Notes under the pieces: generated by a model | Database searches by the model: none | What the model was told of the DNA's origin: nothing | Seen by the model: only the letters and a program-made list of their open reading frames with translations | Source: Pseudovirgaria hyperparasitica | Taxonomy: Eukaryota | DNA: 64,000 nucleotides | Strand: one strand, 5' to 3' | Assembly (NCBI GenBank): GCA_010093815.1 | Contig: ML996575.1 | Translations under genes and position numbers: made by a program | Shown here: piece by piece, positions 26,201 to 35,305 of the stretch | How the letters are laid out: every line of letters starts with the position of its first letter | Position numbering within the stretch: position 1 is the stretch's first letter

Positions 26201-26929
26201 ACGTAGGAAGTAGAGGGACTTTAACTGTAAAGAGGCTACATAGTGGCCTACCAGAATGATTGCATGTTACCATGATCCAGTTTCAGGCTTCAATGGCGTC
26301 GTTCAGAAGCCTCGAGCCTCCGACATGAATCTCTTTGACTCCTCAGATGCGCGGAGCAAGAAGAGAACAATACAGGTAGGTGTGGTGATTGTCCTATGAT
26401 AGAGTCATGGTCTCTTACCAGTGGTGGGCTCAAAGGCAGCCCAAAAGGAACGATAGCTGTTATTGATTCATCATTCATTGAGAAGACGACTTTGGTGGTC
26501 TATAAAGCAGTCCGACGTATATGCTCGCGAAGTGGCCTCGTTCTCCAAGCAGAGGACAACGCTGTGCTCTAGTAGACGTGATCGACGCGCGAGGTTGATG
26601 TAAGAACTACGGGATGAGTTGAATAGGCGTGGATGTATTCAGGTCTGCATCAGAGTGTTTGATACATCATTAAGTTTTAGAAACATATGTAATGTTATGG
26701 AAATTTAGCAATGGTCCATTGACGTGAAAGTCTTGGCATGAACGCAAGCTCCACCACCGTCATATGTGGGGTGGTGCCTGGTGTCCCGCGCAACAGCTAC
26801 CACGCCGCGCGACACGTTTTTACGACAAAAAGAAAACTTTCACACTCGAAGCAAGCTGAACAAAGGAACTTCTCGGCCCACTCGAGCGTGTAGCTCACGC
26901 CACAAGACGACTGCGTCTGCTTCAGAGCA

Positions 26930-28348
26930 ATGCATCCCGAATGTCCATCAACACTGTCCAGTCCCTCAAAGAACGAGCCACCGCCCTCCAAATCACCCAC
27001 AACTCCACACCTTCGCACATCCTTCCTATCCCTCCCCCTCGAACTCCGCGAACAAGTCTACGCCCACCTCTTCTCCGACTCCCCCGGCTGGGCCGGCGAA
27101 ACCAAAATCGAGCTCAGCGACGAGCAAGGCAGCAGCGGCGACCCCGTCGACATCTGCCTCAAGCTCCACTGGTACTGGTTCCTAGCCAACAGACAGATCG
27201 CAAGAGAAGGCGTCGAATACGGCTTCCGATGGACAAAAGTGCGCTTCGTCGGCGGCCCATGGGTCCTGAGAGCCCTCTTCGAGAAGATCAAAACGCCGTG
27301 GCTCCGCCGTCCTCTCACGCCCGAACAGCGCATCGCCTGGGCGCAATGCTCGCCTCTCCCCTCCTCCCTGGACAAAATAGTCGGAGACGGCGCGTACGCG
27401 CTCTGTTCAAACCCCAATCCACCTCCCAGTCTCGAACCTAACCGTCTAGCCCTCCTCCGCCATCTCGAGCTCGCATGGACGACCATCCCACACGACATCG
27501 GCAGCGCAAGCGTCCTAGCACGCATCTCCTCCTTCGAGCTCCGCCCGCTCTTCACCCTGATCGCGCACGACATGCCCAGTCTGGAGTGCATCACCACATC
27601 CCTGCGCTTCCGCTCCCGAAGGGATACCCGCGACGGCGGCCTGACGCGCGCAGAATGGTTCAACGTCGAACTGGCAAGCTACGCGCTCGCACTGCTGCTC
27701 TGCGCGCACTCGCCGCACTCGCCTACAACTCCACACTTCAGAACCCTCCGCATCCGCTACATGGCCCGCAACCCCTGGGCCGCCATGGAACCGCCCCTCG
27801 CCCTACCCCTCGTCACCTCCTCCCCGCTCTTCACTCACCTTCGCGCGGAAAGACTGCCCGAGCTCGCCGCCGTGCTGACGGGTGTGCGCGCATGGGGCTT
27901 CTGCGTCTCTGAGGATACGCTTGCTGTCGCGTCCTCTGTCGTGCCCTGGGATCCTATGCGCGACACGCATATGGTTGGGGAGGAAGTGGAGTTTGTGGTG
28001 CGGGTGAGGGAGGGGTGTGAGGTGCGGGATTTGTGTGTTCCGGATGGGGGGATGGGGGCGTTGGGACGGCGGAAGGGGTGGGGTGTTGGTGTGGGGGTGT
28101 ATGGTGGTGGTGGTGGTGAGGAGGAGGTGGGTGAGGGTGAGGGTGAGGCGTGGTGGGAGGATGAGGTTGATTGGACGGGGCTGGAGGATAGGGAGGCGTA
28201 TGGGCGGTTCTTGAGGGATGGGTATTGTCGCGAGTATAGGCCTTGGGAGGGATTGAGTGATGATAGTGATTATGGGCTAGGATATGGGGACAATGATGAT
28301 TATGGGGCAGCCATGGATGACGAGACCGACGTCCGGTGGGGATCGTGA
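26930..28348 (+). CDS. Hypothetical protein with an N-terminal F-box-like motif
   Basis: 472-aa uninterrupted ORF. SFLSLPLELREQVYAHLF resembles fungal F-box-like starts, ANRQIAREG is a typical following motif, and the C-terminus is acidic. Confidence 0.7.
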   Translation: MHPECPSTLSSPSKNEPPPSKSPTTPHLRTSFLSLPLELREQVYAHLFSDSPGWAGETKIELSDEQGSSGDPVDICLKLHWYWFLANRQIAREGVEYGFRWTKVRFVGGPWVLRALFEKIKTPWLRRPLTPEQRIAWAQCSPLPSSLDKIVGDGAYALCSNPNPPPSLEPNRLALLRHLELAWTTIPHDIGSASVLARISSFELRPLFTLIAHDMPSLECITTSLRFRSRRDTRDGGLTRAEWFNVELASYALALLLCAHSPHSPTTPHFRTLRIRYMARNPWAAMEPPLALPLVTSSPLFTHLRAERLPELAAVLTGVRAWGFCVSEDTLAVASSVVPWDPMRDTHMVGEEVEFVVRVREGCEVRDLCVPDGGMGALGRRKGWGVGVGVYGGGGGEEEVGEGEGEAWWEDEVDWTGLEDREAYGRFLRDGYCREYRPWEGLSDDSDYGLGYGDNDDYGAAMDDETDVRWGS

Positions 28349-28717
28349 AGCAGTGTGTGGAGAGGTTGTATCGCAGAAACGTTACAAACTCAATTCAAAA
28401 GGCAGCATCACGTGTGAATAGGAGAAGCATCATTAAAGAAACTTGTATTCATACGTAGGAAAGCAAAGGAATATATATGAAATACACCAGTACCGTAGTA
28501 GAAGGAACTGTGTGTATCCCGAAAAGAAACTTTTTACCAGCCTGATCCTGAACACCGAAGGACATGCAGTACAGATCTTCGGAGCTACAAAACCTGGCTT
28601 CTTCTTCATCGTACAGATCCGAGCATAGATTCGACAATGATCACATCATTATACTTACCTTCGATTGACTCATGGCTATTTATGATCGCAGGACGGCATG
28701 TAGTGGGTGGGTGTTGC

Positions 28718-30187
28718 TTAGTCGAAGGACATCTTCTTGCCTTTGAAGTCGCCGAAACCACCACGGTTGGTAGTGAAGTTTCCTCGTCCTCCACGGCCAC
28801 CACGGTCTCCGCCACGACCACGGCCACCGCCACGTCCTCCACGGCCACCACGGTCGCTGAATCCACCACGTCCGCCTCCACGGCCACCTCCACGACCTCC
28901 GAAGCCACCACCGCCGCCACGATCGGCGCGGGGTTGAGAATAGTCAAGACGGCAAGCACGGCCAAGAATCTCAACGCCCTGGCATTCTTCAAGGGCAGCC
29001 TTGGCCTCGTCGACGGAGCTGAAACCGACATATCCAAAGCCCTTGACGCGGCCACTCTCCTGGTCAGTGGGGATGGAGACGCGAGTGATAGTGCCGTACT
29101 GGGCAAAACCCTCCTGGAGAACGTCGTTGGTGATATCAAAAGAAAGATTACCCACGAACAAAGTGTCGGAGGGAGCACCGATCTGGTCACCGAATGACTT
29201 TTGGCGGGATGAGTCGCCATCACGGGCAGGCTTGGGGGTAGCAAAGTCGAGATTGCAAGGACGGCCATCAATCTCGATGCCTTGGGCCTCCTCGAGGGCC
29301 TTCTTGGCGGAAGCGTGCTCGGCGAAGTCAACGTAACCCATGCCCTTGGATCTGCCAGTGGCTCTGTCCATCATGACGCGAGCACCAGTGATCTCACCGA
29401 ACTGCTCAAATTCTCGGCGAAGCCAGTCGTCGTCAACGCTCCAGCTGAGGCGGCCGACAAATAGTGTCTTGGGACCATCGTCAGAGGACTCTTCCGTTTT
29501 GGTCTTCTTTGCGACTGGCTCGTCATCGTCCTCAGCCTTACGCTTCTTTGAGGGTACCTCCTCCTCATCAGAATCGCTCGAGTCAGAGTCATCGTCTTTC
29601 TCATCGTCATTAGAATCGGAGGAGTCAGAGTCGGAGGTAGTTTCAGCCTGATGAGATTCATTAGCTATGCACAATGAGGGATCTGAGGTGGGCGGGTGTA
29701 CCTTCTTGGTGGAGCCATTCAACTTGGCAGCGCCGTTGGTCTTAGCGGGTGCCTCGCTGTCGGAGCTGTCGTCACTCTCATCCGAAGTGTCTTCGTCCTT
29801 GGAAGCAGCAGCCTGCTTGGGTTCAGGAGCGTCAGATTCGTCGGATGAGGAGTCATCTGAATCACTAGGCGTGGCGGCCTTCTTAGAAGCACCGTTAGCC
29901 TTTGGTGCGGGCACCTCAACTTCAGACTCGGAATCCGAGTCAGAGTCGCTCGCGGAGTCCTCCTCTTCAGCAGAGCTTTCGCTCTCAGAGGATGATGGCT
30001 CGGGAGTGGGCTCCTTCACCTTCTTAGACTTCTTCTTGTCGGCCTTGCCAGCAACGTCCTTGGCAACGGACTTCGACTTGACCTGGGGAGTGGCGGCAGA
30101 CTTGGAGGACTTGGTATCTTTGACCTTGGAGGATACATCCTTGCTGGTCTTTTTCGAAGATACCTTCGCGTCCTTTGATTTGCCCAT
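28718..30187 (-). CDS. NSR1: Nucleolin-like protein (K-rich and acidic/Ser N-terminus, two RRMs, C-terminal RGG/GAR domain)
   Basis: RRM1 LFVGRLSW..RSKGMGYVDF, RRM2 LFVGNLSF..RVKGFGYVGF, RGG tract ending FKGKKMSFD. Probable 54-nt in-frame intron 29648-29701 (GTACAC..GCTAAT..CAG). Confidence 0.95.
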   Translation of the reverse strand: MGKSKDAKVSSKKTSKDVSSKVKDTKSSKSAATPQVKSKSVAKDVAGKADKKKSKKVKEPTPEPSSSESESSAEEEDSASDSDSDSESEVEVPAPKANGASKKAATPSDSDDSSSDESDAPEPKQAAASKDEDTSDESDDSSDSEAPAKTNGAAKLNGSTKKVHPPTSDPSLCIANESHQAETTSDSDSSDSNDDEKDDDSDSSDSDEEEVPSKKRKAEDDDEPVAKKTKTEESSDDGPKTLFVGRLSWSVDDDWLRREFEQFGEITGARVMMDRATGRSKGMGYVDFAEHASAKKALEEAQGIEIDGRPCNLDFATPKPARDGDSSRQKSFGDQIGAPSDTLFVGNLSFDITNDVLQEGFAQYGTITRVSIPTDQESGRVKGFGYVGFSSVDEAKAALEECQGVEILGRACRLDYSQPRADRGGGGGFGGRGGGRGGGRGGFSDRGGRGGRGGGRGRGGDRGGRGGRGNFTTNRGGFGDFKGKKMSFD

Positions 30188-30206
30188 CTTGATAAAGTTT
30201 TATGAT

Positions 30207-30637
30207 CTAAAAATGAGTAGTCAGTAAGCTGTCTCAGCAGCAACGTATTTGCGATTGTGGACATGACGCCGAAGCGACCCCTCGTAGAAAAGCGTTCTGT
30301 ATGTATCTGAGAGACGAGGACGAAAGGAATTGTCATTCCAGACGCCACAAGTACACTCTGTTGCGACGACCCAAGTATACTGCGTGAAGCAGTAAAAGCC
30401 CACAAGCCCACGAAGACTGCTTTCAGGGCGAACGTGTTCCCACAAAAGCCGAGCAAGCAGTCTTTGAATGCCCCAAAGCCCACTGGTATGACAGCCCAAC
30501 TGAAATATGCCTTTGCACCATCTTGCGATTGTGCGACAGGACGAACGGACGAGTACAACTGATAAGGACGGAGATCTCTGATGCCCACTGACTTGTTCTG
30601 TTTGTATGTATGCGTCTGACCCAATGTGTTGGATTAC
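30207..30637 (-). ncRNA. Candidate long 5'-UTR intron of nucleolin containing a structured RNA (possible snoRNA or cis-regulatory element)
   Basis: Acceptor TACTGAC-TACTCATTTTTAG| lies 19 nt before the ATG. Candidate donor GAC|GTAATC at 30637. Nested inverted repeats and duplicated motifs inside (see findings). RNA family not identified. Confidence 0.45.
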
Positions 30638-30979
30638 GTCAAGTAAAGATTCTTGAGTAACCAGTGCCAACCCTCGTCGAAAATGTGTGTGTGTGCAGAA
30701 ATGTGATTACAGGCGAGCGCGAGAAAAAAAAGTTCTACGAGAGTATTTGTAGTGGCGGGCAGAAAGGCCCGAGCTTTTGCACACTAAGACACTCTGAACG
30801 AGATTTTTTTCCACACCGCCTGGATTTCCGCCCTTCTATACCTAATGTAGTCTAGCGCTGCCGTGAAAGCTCCAGCTCCAGCTCCATAGCTTTAGCGAGC
30901 GTGTTGCTGTGATGCAGCCAAAGACGAGAAAAGCACAAGTCAGTGTTCTTTAGACCTCTGGATCGTTTCTTGGACCACC

Positions 30980-32799
30980 ATGTCCGCACATAAGCCTCGA
31001 CGGCGGAGGAGGTTGGAGGATCCATCTGCTTACGCAAATCACGGAACGATACATGTCGATGCGCAAACCAAGAAGCAAAGTCCGGCTTTCCCTCTCGTCG
31101 CCTTTTTGTGGCCTGTCAAAGGTCCTATCTCGCAATGGGTCCTCTTGCCTCTCATCCTTATGGTGGTAGGCTTGTTCAGATGGACGACAGGACTTTGGGG
31201 ATACTCAGGCTTCCAATCGCCGCCGATGCATGGTGATTTTGAGGCCCAGAGACACTGGATGGAGATCACAACACATCTTCCAGCTTCTCAATGGTACTTC
31301 CATGACCTAGACTGGTGGGGTCTTGATTATCCGCCTTTGACAGCTTACCACAGTTGGGTATTGGGGAAGTTGTAAGCCATTTAACCCGAATCACCACCTC
31401 AAAGATTGCCTTGAGGCTAACACAATCCAGGGGAAATTACATCAATCCCACCTGGTTTGCCATTATGGACTCTCGGGCTCTAGATGATCCAGACCTCAAG
31501 ATATACATGCGAGCGACCGCCCTTGTTTCTGAATACCTCGTATACGTACCGGCCGTCATCATATGCCTCCGTCATCTGTCACATCTACAACACATTAATA
31601 CGTGGGAATCATACATAGCTCTTGTGGCTATCCTTATGCAACCAGGCGCAATATTGATTGATCATGGACATTTCCAGTTCAATACTGTCATGCTTGGACT
31701 CTTCGTTGCAAGTGTGTCAAGCATGTTGGCTGGGAGGCATCTTTGGGGCTGCGTCTTTTTCGTGGGCTCCCTTGGCTTCAAGCAGATGGCTCTCTTCTGG
31801 TCCCCAGCAGTATTTGCATATTTGTGTGGAATCTGTGTGTTCCCTCGTGTGCGCCCCCTCAAATTCGTCGGCATTGCGCTGATAACAATTTTATCTTTTG
31901 CAATCGTATGGGCGCCATTTTTATTCGGCGTCGTCTATGAGCAGTATCGCAACATTCCTATCAAGCATCTACCAATGCCACCAATTTTAGCAGCGCTTCC
32001 TTTTCGACTGGACAGAGATGCGTTATACTACCCAGCATTACTGCAATTCGCCCAGTCACTTCACCGGATATTTCCCTTTGCAAGGGGCCTCTTTGAAGAC
32101 AAAGTTGCCAATTTCTGGTGTGCGCTCCATACGTTCCACAAGCTCAACAGATACTCATCCGTGTTCGTGCAACGCGCCGCACTGCTAGCAACGCTCTTCG
32201 CCATTGCTCCACCATGCATCATCATATTTGTAAGACCAAAGCGGGTCTTACTTCCTTTGGCATTGGCAGCTACATCATGGGGCTTTTTCCTATGCTCATA
32301 TCAAGTCCATGAGAAGAATGTACTATTACCTCTGCTACCAATGACACTCCTCCTTAGCGGGCAAGACGGCCTGCTTCCATCGGTGAGAGCTTGGGTTGGT
32401 TTTGCAAACATGCTAGGCATCTGGACGATGTTTCCTCTCTTGAAGCGTGATGAGCTTCGGGTTCCATACTTTGCGCTCGGCTTCCTATGGGCATATCTGA
32501 TGGGCCTCCCTCCAACATCTCTTTCGGCATATCGATCAGGCATTCCTGGTGGGTTGAATACCTTGACAAAGCTGATTCATTTGAGCTTTTACGTTGGTAT
32601 GATTGTTTGGCATGTCGCGGAAGGCTTTGTGGAGCCTCCTGAAAACAAGCCTGACTTATGGGTCGTTGCCAACGTTCTAGGAGGGGCACCAGGGTTTGGT
32701 ATTTGTTATATCTGGTGCGTTTGGACGCTTCTGAAAGAAAGTCACCTTGTAGCCTGGGCATCGCCGAAAGCTGAGCCCATGGAAAAGAAGTCGCAATGA
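30980..32799 (+). CDS. ALG6: Dolichyl-P-Glc:Man9GlcNAc2-PP-Dol alpha-1,3-glucosyltransferase
   Basis: PPMHGDFEAQRHWMEIT, WWGLDYPPLTAYHSW, LIDHGHFQFN, FKQMAL, RIFPFARGLFEDKVANFWC, SYQVHEK and a C-terminal KKxx signal (EKKSQ). Intron 31372-31430. Confidence 0.96.
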
Positions 32800-33736
32800 T
32801 GCTCGCACTCGTCGAGCCTATGCTAAAATACCAGATACCCAAGTTTTGTACAATAAAAGTAAGAGTATTTACAGAATCATACCTTATTATCCAATGGACC
32901 GTATGGCAATGTTCGAAGATATTAAAGTTGCGAGACCCTAAGGCGCGTTGTCTATCATATACATCCCAACCATGTGTGCATGCACTATTTCCCATCCACT
33001 CTACTACCGACTGTATTCGACGCCTCGCAATGCTGTTCCATACTCGTACACTATTCTCTACCACAACATTCTTCTAAATCTTGAATCCGTAGCCTGCCAT
33101 ACAGGTCTTGTACTTTGATACCAGATCCTTGCAGTGTTCTTGAGGTTCGGAGGCGGTCGAGAAGAGCATGCATTCGTCTCGTTGCGCTTTTTCGTTTGTG
33201 CATACACAGCAGGGCTATCCACATTAGCCCAAGACTCGCGATCGCATTCTTTGCGGACACGGAGAGCTCACCTTGACTTTTTGCTGTGCTGCGCCTGTGG
33301 CCTTCAGCTCCGAGCCCATATTGCCGGAGGTCGCTGTCGGTGTTGCTAAGGATATTAGCGGCATCGCATACTTTGCTTGAAGAGACTCACAAGTTGATAT
33401 AGCGCTCATGGCTGAAATGGAGCTATACGAAGTTGTATTGGACGAATTGTTCAGAGCTTGCAGGATAATTGATGGGCACGTTCTCGTTCATGCGCTCATA
33501 ATCATCGAAAATGACAAATCCATTACTGCAACGAATTTACGGGTACGCCAGACCAGATCCATCGATTCATGTTGTGTAAGGAGCAAGGGTCCACCTTACC
33601 AGGATCGGCAGACTTAGACCTCCCCGCCAGATTGCGAATGAAAACACCCCACGTAAACAATTGACAAACCTCACCGCCCACACGCACATTCTTTCGACTT
33701 CCTTACTTTATTTTTGGTACCTTGATCTACAACGCA

Positions 33737-35055
33737 ATGGCTGCACTAGATCTGAAGACTTTCTCCTTGAAGGGAAAGCAGTTGAAGCTCACCTCTGAGG
33801 AAGACATTGCTCCGCACATCAAGCAGTTGGTGGACGACGACGACGTTGAACAAGTTATCTTTGAGGGCAATACGCTTGGGATAGGAGCTTCGAAGGCCCT
33901 TGCAGATGTTCTGAAAGAGAAGAAGAAGCTACAGGTAGGCTACAACTCTTCTATATTAGAGAAAATCACCTCCATTAACAGTGAGCCTAGGTCGCGAATT
34001 TCGCTGACATCTTCACCGGTCGGCTTCTATCTGAGATTCCTGCTGCTATTGACTTCATCCTCCAATCGCTACTTCTACTACCGAATCTTCACACAATCAA
34101 TCTGAATGATAATGCATTCGGCTTGAACACGGTCACTCCGCTCGTCTCCTTCTTATCTCGCCATGCCCCGCTTCGCCACCTATATCTCAATAACAATGGT
34201 CTCGGGCCTGCTGCCGGTGTTCTCGTTGCTGATGCACTTTCGGCTCTGGCTGTGAAGAAAGATGAGGCTCGCAAGGAGGGCAAGGAAGCTCCAAACCTCG
34301 AAACCATTATCTGTGGTAGGAATCGATTAGAAAACGGAAGTATGGCTGCTTGGGCGAAAGCGTATGCGGCACACAACGGCGTTCAGACCGTTCGCATGGT
34401 TCAGAACGGTATCCGGCCAGACGGAACCTCTCTTTTGGTTCTGGAGGGCTTTTCACACACGAAGACGATCAAAGTGCTTGATCTCCAGGACAATACCTTT
34501 GAAAAGAAGGGATCAGATGCATTGGCCAAGGTCGTCAATACTTGGACAGATATCGTAGAACTCGGTCTCGGTGACTGTTATCTCACGAGCACGGGTGGGG
34601 TCAAACTAGGCAAGGCCCTCTCGAGCGGCCGTCTCCAGAAATTGGAAATCATGAAGCTCAGCGGAAACGAGCTCAAGTCGAAAGGTCTCAAAGCAATTAC
34701 TCAAGCTCAGCCCAAACTCCCTGCATTGACGACACTTGAGATCATCCATGATAATGAACTACTAAAAGACAGTGACGATCTGGTAGCGCTCAGAGCGGTG
34801 GTCAAGCTAGACGAACCTACCGAAGATGAAGATGACGACGAGATCTACGTCGACGAGGATGATGATGAAGATGAAGAAGAGGACGATGATGTTGATGACA
34901 CCAAAGATGAGGAGGAAGAGAGTGTGGAGGTTGAAGAGAAGGCCGCACGCGAACTGGCAAATGCAGACCAAGCGGAGGAGCTCAACGTGGCTCAGGAAAA
35001 AGACAGCAAGGTCGACGAACTGGCGGACCTGCTTGGCAAGACCGAGATCAAGTGA
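33737..35055 (+). CDS. RNA1: Ran GTPase-activating protein 1 (LRR plus acidic tail)
   Basis: FSLKGKQLKL, GNTLGIGA, ADIFTGRLLSEIP, NLNDNAFG, ICGRNRLENGS, MVQNGIR, LDLQDNTF and an acidic C-terminus. Intron 33935-33990. Confidence 0.95.
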
Positions 35056-35305
35056 GGATCCCGTGTACCCCTTTGTATCCAATTCGACGCCTTGATGTGT
35101 ACGCATTGTTCAGCTGGAGTCAGAAAATGCACCGACCCCTCAGATATTGCATTCCTGTAGGACCCGTTCGTTTATACCCCATTTCCACGAATACACAGCA
35201 TAACTAGTTAATTCCACAATGCAACAAGTGAACCATCTAAACAAATCTAATACAGTCAACGCCAAACACGCAGACGCCAGGCGCTCAGCACGACATGCGT
35301 GTGAG

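Noticed and set aside
22538..26500. Many 60-146 aa ORFs between the bHLH and F-box-like genes
   Set aside because: No motifs, codon bias or consistent exon chain. Treated as non-coding or decayed sequence.
28637..30227. Plus-strand ORFs of 186 aa (28637-29197 and 29667-30227)
   Set aside because: Antisense shadows of low-complexity nucleolin codons.
30207..30637. Identification of the intron RNA as snR30/U17, U3, U14, RNase P/MRP or SRP RNA
   Set aside because: The diagnostic motifs (m1 AUAUUCCUA and m2 AAACCAU, C box UGAUGA, P4 helix consensus, SRP helix-8 motif) were not found by eye.
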